Below are positions 28,871-42,190 of a stretch of DNA of 64,000 nucleotides, piece after piece; position 1 is the stretch's first letter; each line of letters starts with the position of its first letter. The notes under the pieces are model-generated. The model searched no databases and was not told where the DNA came from. It was given only the letters and a program-made list of their open reading frames with translations. The DNA comes from Nageia nagi (lineage: Eukaryota; Plantae; Pinophyta), in NCBI GenBank assembly GCA_050084985.1, contig JBITNC010000001.1, positions 71,672,001 through 71,736,000 on the forward strand, given 5' to 3'. Position numbers and translations under genes: made by a program.

Positions 28871-30364
28871 AGTGGGCCTATACCAACTGGTAGTGAATTG
28901 GAGTTGTTAATGGAATTTTTGGTATTATAATTGCAATTATCTCAGTAACAAATTAACAATCTACTTGAAGTAAAGGAAGCATTCCTTTTGAGTTCTAAGC
29001 TTCGTAATCTCATTTCACTTAGTGAGTTACAACTAGGTAGAAACCAATTATTTGGTTTTATGCTAGGATTTGGCCATAGTGGTCGAAAACTTGGTAAAAG
29101 GTATGCTATCCTTACTCATTGTGTGATCTTTTGCATGAAATTATGTGTTTGATGGAATAGATCTTATTTGTAGTGAAGATTGACAATTTGGCATGATTAA
29201 TTTACCCATATAAGTAACAAGGTTTAACCTATCTAAACGGTCAATCCTTATGTATTTGGACATGATATTCCTATTTATATCTCATATATCTAAACGAGAA
29301 TGGGAATATGCATCACTATAAGAAAAGAGATACATTGCATGAAGTGCTTAATTGATTATTTGTTTTAGCATGCATTGTATGTATGCAATTTTTCCTTCTT
29401 CATATTATGATATTACCAATGCTATTGAATTTATTCTCTTTCATGAAACATTGGTGTAACTTTGAAATGGATAATTATAGTTTTACTTTTATTTTTGAAA
29501 TACAAATACATTTATTTAGTGAATTAGATTTTCTCAATATAGGTAGAGTATATGCACAAACATTTTATTTAGTATTCTAAGTTTTGTTGTTAATATTCAC
29601 TCAATTATGAAAAATCTATGGAATTAATTTTAAAAAGCTTAAGAAGGTTGGTGATCTACCAAATTGCTTTCCATCATATGTCTTGATTGTCAAGAGTTTT
29701 GTGCCTATTCCATGTATGTTTTTGCTATGCTTAATATTTTATAGTTTGCAAGGAATTTTTAACACATGAATCTTTGTGTCTGGGCTTGGTCTTGGTACAA
29801 AATATGTACACATCAATTGTGGATAATGCATGCTAGCATTTAAATTATCATCTTTGTGTACTTCACATATTGACCTCTTAGAAACCTACATCCAAAATCC
29901 AAATAGCTCTATTCAATCATAAGCATGCACCTATGTGCACTATACATGTTGTCCTCTTTGGAACCTACTTCTAAATAGCTTTGATTGAAATATATGTTTG
30001 TAATAGGTATCCTTAAAATAATCCTATGAATATTATTCAAGTTTTTTTTTTGTCTATCATTATGTAGTGCCAACTTTTGTGACCTAAAGCACCTAAAGAA
30101 AGTTGATTTTTCATTCAACTATATTGAGGGTGAAATTCCTCCTTGCCTACATCATATAGTGTGGTGAGTTTTGAAAGTTGTTTAACAAAGTTTTTCTATT
30201 TTAATATTGGACATGAATTTCTTTTATGTGTGGATTGTACTTATTGAAAATTCAAAAAAATTTACTAAGTATTAGCTTCATAACAACTTTTTACTTTGAG
30301 GTCAAGTTTTAATGTAATTGCTTTCATTATCACACATCAGAGCAACATCTTCAACAAGAATGTG
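28871..30364 (+). pseudogene. Intron-containing fragment of an LRR receptor-like kinase ectodomain (MRH1/MDIS, LRR-VI-like)
   Basis: SGPIP at 28871. An exon ending at 29100 reads KGSIPFE..LRNLISLSELQLGRNQLFG. Exon 30068-30163 reads ANFCDLKHLKKVDFSFNYIEGEIPPCLHHIV. Exon 30301-30364 reads SSFN(G)NCF..QQECG with a 1-bp deletion. Borders are GT/AG. Confidence 0.8.
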
Positions 30365-31656
30365 GTATGCTCATTGACCTCCTGTATTTAACGAAATGGA
30401 TTTGCGATGTCATGTGCAAAAATTAGTTTTCAATGTACTTTTGGGGACCCAAGGCACATTTGGGGACAATCACTTGAAAAACTTTTAAGTAAGTTGGTAC
30501 GCGTAACATGCTATACTTAATATAAATTTTATGTAAAAAAAATTTAAAAAACTAACACAATTAAAAATAACTAGAAAAAAAATCTAATGAAAGTCACTAA
30601 AAATTATTAATCGTCATAGAAATTTTTATTTACAAGTAATTTTTTTTTTTAAATTCCAACCCTGGTTGGAACATTAACCCACCCCTTGCATTGGTGATAT
30701 TTAAAAACTAATGATATTAAATTTGATGATACTTAAAAAGTGATGATGGGACCTATCAACCAATAGGTTTAAAAGGATGTTATTAACTTCACATTTTTAA
30801 GTTTTAAATACATTTCAAACATCACAAATTCAATAATTCTATACTTTAGATGAGTTCTAACGAAATTTAAAATTATAATCCTTTTTAAGAGGTATTGTTA
30901 TTGATTATAAATAAAATTTCATTCTTATGCTATAATTAAAAAATAATAATACTTAATTTAGTAGCATTATTCATATATTTTAATTATCACATAAAAAATA
31001 TTGATTATTTTTATTAATTTATACATATTATTTATTATGATTTAAAATTAGTACTTTTAAACATACACTTCCTTCAAATGAATGCAAAATAAATTGTAAG
31101 ATTTGTCCATTATTTATTTTATCATTTAATGCAAAGTGTTATTATTAGAAAATATTGATTATTACTTACTATGATTTAAAATTAATAAATGCAAATAAAA
31201 GCATTGAAATAATAATTGCAAAATAAAATGTAAGATTTATTTTATTGATTGTTATATTACCATTTGGTGCAAAACGTTGTAAGAATTTTAAAAAATAAAT
31301 GTTATAAATTTTTTTTGGATAAAATTTATTTAAATTTAGAATATAAAAAATAAAAAACTAATATAAATATATTTTTAGTCCATTATAGTTTGTTATTTAA
31401 TTTTTAAAAAAAATTATAATATTGTTATTTCTTAAAAAATATTAAACTATATTTTAAATGTAAACATATTGAAAAAAAATACAAAATATAATGTTTACCA
31501 TGATATATCCATTAATATATTAAGTTATTAAGTTATAAATACATATATGAATTATTTTTAAATTAAAAATTCATTGCAAATAGAAAAAACAGTAAATAAA
31601 TTTAAGAAATTTAAAACTAAATACAATCACAAACAAAAAGATGACAAGACACAAAC

Positions 31657-31684
31657 TTTTTAGAGGGTGTCAACCCTCTAAAAA
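31657..31684. other. Perfect hairpin (12-bp stem, 4-nt loop); candidate 3' terminal hairpin of a rolling-circle element
   Basis: tttttagagggt-gtca-accctctaaaaa, at the boundary between the very AT-rich tract and the chimeric locus. Confidence 0.6.
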
Positions 31685-32615
31685 AAATAAATTTTATTGA
31701 TAAATATTACATCAAGAAATGAATAATTAAAACCTGCGATTTAATTGGACTTTGACTTGACTCTAATTGTTGGATCAGCTACAAATATTATTCCTATTGC
31801 AGAAAGATGAATTTATTTCTTTTTTGCCTACAGTTCCACGGTCAGAGCTACAGAAAGATGAAAATAAGGGTCATACACAACAATAGATCATCATTAGAAG
31901 ATGATAATCTTCTGGAAAGAAGATAACAAATCTTTCAATTTCATTGCCATCCATTTTTTATCTTGTTCTTAGTCATATCTGCAAAGTAACTAATAAACTA
32001 ATTTAAACAACTCAACTCTAGACAAATTCTATTCTAACTATTGATTGATCGCACAAATTTTGATATAAAATGAGTCCAAATGAAAAGAGTGAGTGTTTAT
32101 CAGAGCCTCTCTTACTCCAGTCATATACCTTTGCATCCTTTAATGTTACAGTCCCTGATTGTTGCTCTCCTGGACTAAAAAAATATTAACAGAAAATCAG
32201 TCTTGATATCAAGAAAATAGCTTCAACAGAGAAAAAAATATAAACAAAAAATCCATGAAAGTACTTGCATGTAAAGATATCTAATTACCATTTTGGAGGA
32301 GCATAAATATCAATAATATAGATGACAGTATGAAACATTTCTTTCTTCCAATTCAAAGAGTCAAAACAAAAAAATACTTACCATAGCTTGCATACAAATT
32401 CTTCACACTCATAAGGAAAATATGATACTTAAGAAATTGAGAACGAGCTACATTCCAGTGTTAAAAGACTTTCATAACATCCTAAGCAAAATGAATTGCA
32501 AATAAATGGATTCTGGTGCATATACATTCATGACAGAAAAACTAGCAGGTTGATGCAAAAAGAAAAGAATGTATGTTTAGTAACATGAAAAAATTGTCCA
32601 TTCCCTAAAAATAAC

Positions 32616-34977
32616 CTTGGCCAGGGAGATAGTGAAGCCCCTCCAGTTGTTGGGCTCGCACTTATGTTCCAATTACTGCCAGCTTTAGCAGATGCTCCAA
32701 CAGCATGACCAGCTAACAGATGCTCCAATATTGGGTAAAAATGTGAATCCAAATCAAGAACAGCATCAACATATGTCTGCAAAATAGCAGTTGTCAATGG
32801 TTAGTTGTTTTGTAAGTTTAACAAAAGCATAAGATGCTCTAAGGAGAGACTCCCTCGTATAATTATTTGCACATCATTTTCTCATAACAGCAAAAGTTTA
32901 TAGCATTCAACTTCACATTATATCAATTGACTATGTTATTCTTGATTACTACAGGAGATTTATACAGCCACATATCCTGTAGTGCAACTTATATAAGTGA
33001 TAAGAAATATGGAATTTGACAAAAAAACTTGCTACTTTGTAAGTATTTTCTGTTTGGTGCATGCTGTAGCTTTGTTAAAGCTATGCCATGTGTAATTTAC
33101 CTGCATACATATATGTTAGAAACTGATGGTGTCACATGTTATCCGCTAGCCTACTTATAGATATTTAGCTTTTCCATTTTGAATTAGTACCCTTTCGTAC
33201 ATGGAATCCGACACATTCAGATGATAATAAGCCTAAATGTTTAATATAAAAAGTGAAGCACTGGCTCTCTCTCATGCAAGAGAAATTTCCTTGTGTGCGA
33301 GCTTCCATATGTGGCATGTCAAAGCAAAAGCACAGATTTTTGATTTCTCGAGTATCAAGAGTAATCACTAGGCATATAAAATAGTAAATCCAGTGATGAT
33401 GAAGCGCATTTAGGAGTTTCTTAAGACGATGATCTGTTTTTCTGAGGACCAACCATAGATCATCAGCATTGTGCATATTGAAAGGATAACCCATTCTGCT
33501 CTCCCACAAAATTAAGAATATTTGGGCTGCTAGTAGATTGAAGTTAGGTCAACCTACAAATCATGCATGCAATATAAGGTGATCTTGAAAGTTTTATAAA
33601 AAGTAAAAAGTTAAAACTAATTGGTAGGGATCGTCTACAGCTCTGAGAGTAGAAATCCTAGATAACAGTTCATTGTGCTTCAGTCCAGAGGAAATAACAA
33701 AATATTGTTGATGTTTCCTAAAGCGATTTAGAAGAACATCTATGTTTTGCCACAGCAGCATATCCTTTCATGTTATTTAACTATTGTTTAAATAAAATAG
33801 AGAGTACAAGTGCTTTAAATATATTTCATTATATATAGAATGCTATTTATACATTCTCATAATAAACAATTCTCTCCATTATTTTTTATTGGCTCCTGTT
33901 CGGTGCATGGTGTGGTTTTTTCAAAGTTATGTAACAGATTTTCGAGTTTAATAACTACATCCTCGTATTCACAAGAAGTTAGGCGGCAGAAATGGAATGA
34001 ATCAGTTATCAAGTATTTTCATTTGAATAGTTCCAATACATTCCAATTTCAAAAGAATTTAGGAAACAGAGTCGAAAACAAATCCAACCTAAAAAGTTAA
34101 AACTATGTCTGTAAACAGACCCATAAGATGTGATCTGCAAAAAACTTGTTGGCAAACTCAGCCTACAAGATCACTAGATAAAGTCATACATAGTCCTACA
34201 AATATATGATGTAGGTATGGTTTCAAGATCTATTTATTCAAGTGCATGAAATTTCATCTCAAAAAGCATCAAACATTCCACAAGAGGTTGTCAAAAGAAT
34301 AAAATTTTGAAGAAATACCCTTTTAAAACAGAGTATGCATTGAAGAAATACTCAATAATATGAGGAAAAAATAAGTTTTTATTAAAACCAATCTCTTGCA
34401 ATATGACATTAAAATTATCTAGCAAACAAATTTTGTCTGATTGGACATCACATTTACTTTTTTTCCCTGTACAGAATACAATGTAAATAATAGCCCAATA
34501 TACTTGAACAGGGCATGGTTATTGTCGATCCACTTATGCACTTCTTGTTCTCTGATGCCTTACAAGCATTTTCTCAGAGAGGGCAGGAATGAATAACATT
34601 CATAATCAGAACAACGCAAAACTTTATTTTGCATTTTGCTACCTTAGATACATACAACTATACGAGCATCATATCAGCAAAAATGAATATGATTATTGAA
34701 TCCCTTCCTGCAAGGTAGCATAAACTCAATATCTTACGCAAAACTCATGTATCATGCATATAAGAAACATAATGATTTCCCAAAAAGTATAGTAGTTGAC
34801 CTGTATACCAAGAACAAGAGCTGGATCAGGTATTAGAGTTGCAAGATTCACAAGGGCAGATTCGATGCCTTATCCCAACACGTCAAGCAACAGCCTGGCT
34901 TGCATATTTAGTACAAGTGCCCTAACATCTTGGGCAACTAGCCCTTGGAGTAATCTGCACTTAATTCTATCCAAAGC
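32616..34977 (-). pseudogene. MED16: Two consecutive MED16/SFR6 (Mediator tail subunit) exons with their intron; internal stop and deletions
   Basis: Exon 34977-34801 reads ALDRIKCRLLQGLVAQDVRALVLNMQARLLLDVLG*GIESALVNLATLIPDPALVLGIQ. Exon 32776-32616 reads TYVDAVLDLDSHF..LAGHAVGASAKAGSNWNISASPT. These match recalled SFR6 LDRIKCRLLEG..MQARLLLDMLGKGIESALVN..DPALV..IQ|AYVDAVLDLASHF. CAG/GT borders are intact. Confidence 0.88.
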
Positions 34978-35669
34978 CTGTAAAAGGAACCAGATTATTA
35001 ATTGATGTCCAAGTCCTATAAACATAAAAAACTGGGGCATCCTCTCTCGCACATTCCTTAAAATTTGATTTGATTACAACCTGTCACAGTTCGTTAAGCA
35101 ATGATATTTAATATGGTAATATAATGAATATGAAGGTTTTGGGGTCTCTTCATCTCACCTTAAATCTCAAAACAAAATATCATGCTATCATACTAACTAA
35201 AAGACTGGCAGATTGGTGCTCATGACCAATCTCATATTGAATGATAAACTCAGACAAGCTCATTTTGAATGATGAAAAGATCAACAAGATCAAAATCCAA
35301 ATGGAAACTTGACCAAACAAGAAACCTGTTAAAATGATGGCAGATCATTAATACTTGGAAGTAACAACCAATGGGTTTAAGATATGTAATAAATTGATCA
35401 AACGACATATCCACCTTGGTTTGTAATAAAATAATAAATATGTTATGCATTGCAAGAGTATGAGATGAAATAAGCAATGACAGCAAGATGCATGATGTAG
35501 CTAGATATTACTGATGATGGTATATTGATTTACTCGTACATGCAATTCTCCATTTTAACCCTTAAGAACAGGGAACACAAAAGGAAATCATCATATGCAA
35601 AGCCTTGCAATGTAATGTTTTCCACTTATTATCTAAATCGAAGATCAAAAAGCTCACATATGGACATGT

Positions 35670-36377
35670 TACACTCCACCTTGCTGTTGGTAAGTGTCTT
35701 AGTGGATTTCAAGCATCATACACCAGTATACTATAGATATTTGTCTCAAACTCAGTTATTCAAATCAGCTATAAATAGCATATTGGCTGTTATGACCCTT
35801 ACGATGCTTTTAAATTTCAATACCCAAGTACTGTAAAACTTGGGACACACGGTAGTTTGAGGGTATACAAAGTTTGGACTACAAGACCTGACTCCCAGTG
35901 AAAAAATCAGGATAGTAACAATTTGCCTATGGATCTAGCCATCTATCAAGGTTTTAAACAACCGTCCACAAACAAGGATTTCTAAATATACAAAAACTTT
36001 ATGAAGATAAAACAAATAACAGACAGATGTTATGATATATGATACACAACTCCAAAGATGTCTCGAAAACACCATTTCATCCCATGTAGAGCTTTGGCCA
36101 CCAACTCCTGAGTAGAGTATTATGGCTCATATCCTACACATTGGAGGTAAAAACTGAGAAAAACTATAAAAAAATTCTTTACGCAAAATATGTATAAAAC
36201 ATCTTAAAATTTGGAAACTAATCAGAAGTGAAAGGCACTTACCACGTTCCTCCTCATAACTGCTAAGCCTCCATGGGTGCTAGTATCAGAGGTTGTCAAC
36301 GTCTTATAGAATGAATGCCCATTACTTTTTAGTTTTGGAGGAGGAGGAGGACTTGGATCACTGGAAGACACAGTTTG
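35670..36377 (-). pseudogene. ARF: Three consecutive auxin response factor (ARF) B3-domain exon fragments
   Basis: Exon 36377-36243 reads QTVSSSDPSPPPPPKLKSNGHSFYKTLTTSDTSTHGGLAVMRRNV (ARF: HSFCKTLTASDTSTHGGFSV.RRHA). Exon 36133-~36050 reads DMS..TQELVAKALHGMKWCFRDIFG with a frameshift. Remnant 35708-35670 reads NPLRHLPTARWSV. Confidence 0.9.
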
Positions 36378-37033
36378 CTACGGAAAAACGCACCCATGAA
36401 ACTCTCCAAACATTCAACATGCACACCAAAATGGCAGAACCTATATAACATGATGAATTTAAATGAAAATGCATCTATTACCTCCCTATGGCTTTGGAGC
36501 CAAAGTATTCTGTGCGTAAACCTCATTGACTCCTATTGAGACTTTAAAAGCAATAAAACATAGCTAATGTAAGGAGAATTCAACAGAAACCATGCTACGT
36601 TTTGATGTGTTCATACTGCAAAAGAAACAAAACAAAGCCCCTGCACCTTAATCCAATTAACACCTAGATGTTGAGACCCTAGAAAATAAATGAAACAAAG
36701 CCCCTGAATTTGGTGCTCCTCCATGATTTCTGATGCTGCAGGCTAAGCAGAGGACGACGCGGAGGACCAACCCATTACATTGAATCACACATGGCCCTTT
36801 TCAATTTCAAATGCCCAACGGTCAAATCCAAGGGCCCTTTACTCCTTCAATAACCGTCATGGTGTCAAAATTTCATAAAAAATTCACCTAGATCCCATAA
36901 AAATGTTTTCCCACATATGTGTTAGGATTGGTAGTAGATACCCTAGCCCAAGTTTTCTTCTATCTGGTTTAGAGTGGCAAGTGACAACATAGTGCCTTAA
37001 AAAGTGAAGGATATCATATAACATGTGAAGTTA
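36378..37033 (-). promoter_or_regulatory. Putative promoter/5' leader of the chimeric locus
   Basis: GC/CpG-rich patch at ~36735-36830 (gaggacgacgcggagg), an ATG at ~36724, and shared sequence with the inverted copy at 44825-45355. Confidence 0.45.
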
Positions 37034-40000
37034 ATTTGTCTTCTTTTTTTGTGTGTAATTTAAACTTGAGTGTGCTTTTCTAAGAAGAAAATTATGTCCA
37101 TCATGAGGTACACATAATTTGTATAACAATTCATCCTTCATGTAAAAATCATGGAAAGTTTGCAAGTTGAAAGTAGATAGATGGATGCTAGAGAATTTTG
37201 CTAAGATATTTTCTTAATTTTTCTCTTAAGATCATCCTATTTTTAGTTTCACTAATCTAAAATTAAATAATGGCATGAAGCATTATCATCTTTTATCATA
37301 ATATTTACTTCTTCAATTTATATTTTAATAGCTAATTTTACCTAGATGTATGTTTATGTATTGTGTTTTTTTTCTTAACAGAACTAATATTGCTCATTCT
37401 TTATACCAAGGAAATATCTTATTTTTTATTCATTGGTTAGTTTATATATGCATAATAAAATACCTTTTGAATAAATTATTCAAAAGTAATTTTTCTTTCT
37501 TATTATCTATATGAACTTTTCTTTTTATTTCCTTAATATCAGGTATAGGACTATCATTATTTTAAGTTCTTAAACATTTATCACCTAGCATTTTTTCTTG
37601 AAATCTATACATAATAAGACTGAACAAACATAAAATGTATTCAACAAAAGAAACAATAATGAGTAAGAATTACAATGAGTAAGTGGGTTAATATCAAAGC
37701 AAGATTGTTATTTTATAAAAGGAACCCTTAAGTGCTCATTAGATATAGTGACATAATACAATAAGATTATTAATGCATTGCAAAGCAAAAAATAATAACC
37801 TAACATACGGAAACTGTAATTTCATAATCTTATTACTTAGATTCATCATAACATCAAACAAAGTTCTTGGTTGAAATAAACTCCTAGTCCAAAATGCTTT
37901 CATTCTAACCCCCAAGTCCATAATGTTTGTGATCTAGAACCCTAGGCCAATAACGTTGATGATATAGTGTGGATATTTTCTCACTCATTGAAGTTGAACC
38001 ATGTCATTCCTAATCACTCATATGATCATCTTTTAACACCATCAACTTAAAAAAAATCAATTTAACCATCAACAACAACCAAGGTTCACCCTTTAAGAGT
38101 ATAAGTTATTTGTCAATAGGTTTATCAACCCTATACAAATCAACTAAGTTATTTTGTATATCATTTAATCAATTTCATTTATAGTAGTATTTTTCATTGT
38201 TATATCTTCAAGAAAATTCACCATTTATGTATTTACATTTTTCATATATTGATTTATTGTATTATTACAATACATCATCATATTTCTTTATGTGCATTTG
38301 TGGTGAACCTCCCTCTCTTTTTATTTCTTTACTTTTCATATCAAAATACTAGATTATCCTCGTGTTAAAGCCTTAGGTCTAACCTTAAGGTAGTATGATT
38401 TCAATCTCTAACAATCTTTATCTTCTAAATCAGATCTAAAAACTCTTTTAATAAAATGTTATAGAAAAGGAATTTCAACTTTCATTTTGATCAAACATAT
38501 AAATAATTAGAATATGCAAAATAATCAAAGTAAGGTAGTCAAGTTGTTAAAAACAATCTTTGGTACAAATATATCAAAAAATATCATGATTAAGGATATT
38601 GATAGATCAAAATAGTGCAAAAGTTATATCAATAAAAAATCAAAATGATTCATATTAGTACTTTATCGTAGGAAATTCAAACTTTATATATTCCATAAGA
38701 CTATAAAGGTTAAATTTTGAAATGTTTGAGGAGAAGAAGATTCTAAATAATAGTTGTTATTATTTGAAGATGATTGAAGCATAAAAGTTAAGAATGATAA
38801 CAACTTGCTAGCTAGGTTTTTCCCTAATATTTTGAAAGGAGAAGAAAGATCCCTTTATAGTTTTGGAGAGGTGGCTTAAGTGTTTATGAATTAATATGGA
38901 TATAATATCAAGAAATTGTCTATCCAAGTAAAAACATATACAATCCATCCTATATCCTAAGATTCAATCAGGTATAATTATAGCCCTATATTAAACAACA
39001 TCAAAGATTAGTAAATAAAAATCTTTTTTCTTTTTTTTTTGGTAAGGATAAAAATAATTAGTGGGTTTTTAGAAAACAGGGCCCCAAAACCTGTACTTAC
39101 ATAGAAACATATTCATTACAATATCATAAAAATCTTATTTATATCCTAGTCCTAAACTTCAAAAGTAATTTTGGGCGTATATTTTTATTGATGATGATGA
39201 TGAATAGTATTAGTAATATCATTCAAAGATCTTCTATTCAATCTCTTAGTTTATAGCTTAAGGAATGGTCAAAACTCCTACTTTAATATTAGATAAGCAA
39301 AAATACATATAATACTGATAAGAAAATATGAAATAAATAAAATGATAAAGTATGCTTTTGATTTTTTGCTTTATATCTGCCTCATGGACATTGATTTTAG
39401 ATCTCTGGAATCACTTTTTGTATGTTTAAGAAAGTTTCTAGTCATTTTCTAAATATTCATAATTTATTAAAAAATTTAATTGTTTTACTAGTCTCTTAAT
39501 TTTAAAAATATTTTTAGCTTTTTGGATTTGTAAATGTATTAATAAATTTATGGTTTGGTCTCAAAAAAGTTAGTAAAATCATGTATTCAAAGTAAGAAAA
39601 AAAACCACCAAGAATCACTATTATAAGGAAGCCATGGATAATAACTTCAAATGAAAGGAAGTTATGGGACATACAAGTGATTTATCATTTATGGATAACC
39701 TCTAAAATGATCATTATTTTATTATGTGGATAAATACTCAAGTTAGAGTATATAAGAGTAAAAGAAAATAAAATCAAAACTATGAAAATTGCATTCATTG
39801 TATTATGTTTGCATGTAGTATAGGTATGGGAAATGGACTCCCATGCAAGGAAGATGATCACTAAACTTAAAGAGGTATGGTTAAACCATATTTTAGTTTT
39901 GAAACTAAGGTTTTAGCTACTCTAAGAAGCAAATACTTGATTTCCCACTAGCAATCAATGATAACAAAATCCCATTGCCTCTTGATTCCTTCATAATAGA

Positions 40001-40994
40001 AGAAAATTTTGTGTTAATCCAAATACCTCGTGCCATCCAACATATTGTAGTTTAGATGAGTCTTATTCTATATTTTAAAACCCCTCAAAAATTTGATTCT
40101 AAATCAAATTAGTTCTTCCAGATTCCTCATAGCCTCTTCGCCATCCTAAAATAGTATATTTCATTACTTCAAGAAACTACCACACCATAAAGAATAATAC
40201 ATAGTCATCCAATATCCCATAGGCTTTCCCCTCCAATACCATATATTGACATGAAGATAAGTACCCCACTACATTTTTGTCATAAGTTCTTAATGTCACC
40301 ATCAAAGGCTCCAAAGAGAAAGCAAAATATTATAATACAATTTTATTCTCAAGCTCTAAATAAGACATGAAGTAGAAAAACCTAAAACCCAATAAAACAA
40401 TTCCTAGCTTTTATCATAAATATCAACTTGGAGCCTCCATTAAGCTTGGCATCCTACATGCATGCCCTCCAATACCCCATGTATGAAAGATAAGACCCTT
40501 TCCATTTTTCAATTTAAACTATGAGGATGTCCATCAATAGGTTTGATATTATCCTAAAGCTTTAAAATATTTTTTAAACCCAAATTTTGAGCCCATCCTT
40601 CTAAAACCCACACCAAAATACCATGGGTTTGGATTACTCATTTTTTTTGGCTCACCAAAGTTATAGATATTTATTTTAACACATGAATTTATCCTTCAAA
40701 TAGGATGTCCCTTCTTCCTTAAGTAACCATAGTTTTCCATATACCACAACTACCATCATCACTTTATTTATCACTCTCATGCACCCATGGATGATGCAAC
40801 CACTAAGTCACCTTAAACTAAGCCACTATCACAAACCTTCAAAGAATATTTCAAAATGTTGAATTAAATCTCCTACCCTTTAAAACCCTCACCCTTCAAA
40901 AGATTAAATTAAAACCCCAAAAACCTCTTCTATGGCTTCTTGATGATCATTCTCCCTTCTAGGTCTTGACCTACTCCCCACAATGTTCCCAAGG

Positions 40995-42190
40995 TACTTG
41001 TGCAAGAATATGGATCCACTTTATAGCCAAAAAGTGGATGCTTTTTCTTTGATTTTTAGTTTGGTCACAATTGATCTCAAAATTTGAAGCACCTAGAGAT
41101 GGAATCTTGAAAAGGTCACTTTGGTAAAACTGTAGTGCTCCAAGTTTAGTTTTTAAATATATAATTTATTCCAATACCCATATGATAAAAATTAAATTTT
41201 GATAGACATATATAAAAATCATTATTTAAAATTTATAGTTTTAGGACCATACCTTTAATTGTTGGGCCAATATATTTTGACCTAAATTGAAGTATTTTTA
41301 AAAAAATCTTTTTGGGAAATGGTAGTTAAAACATTGAAGAATGTTGAGAATATTTTTTCATAATTTTTTGATAAAAAAAAATATTAATTTTTATTGGCCC
41401 TAATTATGTTTTTTAAAAGTGCTTTTGTTGGGCCACCATAACTTGACCTAAACTTATCCTTTTTTAGAATTTTTTTTTATTTAGTAGATAATTATGTGTA
41501 TAATGTTGTCATATAATTTATTTCATAATTTTTCAAAAAAACAATTATTAAAAAATAGAACAACATACTTTTTCAAGTTTATAGATAAGTTTGATTAAAA
41601 ATTAATCAAAAAATAGAAAATGTAATCCAATTATAAAAAAAATTACATATTTGAAATCTACACTCTCATATATAATGGGTTTTAATTTCATAAAAAAAAA
41701 TCTAAAAAAAAATTATCAAATGCATGTTTGAAGTTGGATTTTTCCATTGCTATTGATAGGAACTTGCATGTGCATTTCCAAGGCTGAGGATTGGCTCACC
41801 ATGCCTCTCCCAAGCCAAAATACAAGGCAAACCCTAAGGGAAGCAAATTAAAAATTTGGAATGGGATCCTGTTATAAAATGGGATCTCGATATGAATAAC
41901 ATTCTATTATATATCGAGGTCCTATTATTTAAAGTACAACATATCCATGTTAAAAGGAATGAGATCCTATTTTGCATGAATTTGTAATTTTCAAAATGGG
42001 ATTCCATTTATAGTTTTTTCAAAACAAGATCCCATTTTGAGTTTTTCAAAATGGGATCCTATTTTCATTTTGGCTTAGGAACCTGAAATAAAATGGGATT
42101 CCAATTTTTATAACATAGGATCCTATTCTATCTAAAAACAATTCAACTTCACTCATGTCCACTTTTAGTGGACCCAACTTCTTGCATGCA
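40995..42190. mobile_element. ~1.2-kb non-autonomous TIR element, copy 1
   Basis: Imperfect TIR tgcaagaatatggatccact / agtggacccaacttcttgca and a subterminal array of gggatcctatt motifs at 41860-42130. Homologous to 54360-55578. Confidence 0.65.

Noticed and set aside
31600-31700. Canonical Helitron CTRR 3' end
   Set aside because: There is no CTRR at the expected distance from the hairpin on either strand.
33165-33509. 114-aa minus-strand ORF
   Set aside because: It lies in the intron between two consecutive MED16 exons and has no recognisable domain.
34500-34710. Possible extra captured exons
   Set aside because: Splice-like sites are present, but frames contain stops or match nothing I recognise.
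32616-36377. Functional full-length ARF or MED16 gene
   Set aside because: Internal stop, frameshift, deletions, and most exons are missing.
37100-40900. Short ORFs and possible TE remnants
   Set aside because: AT-rich decayed DNA with no motif I can support.
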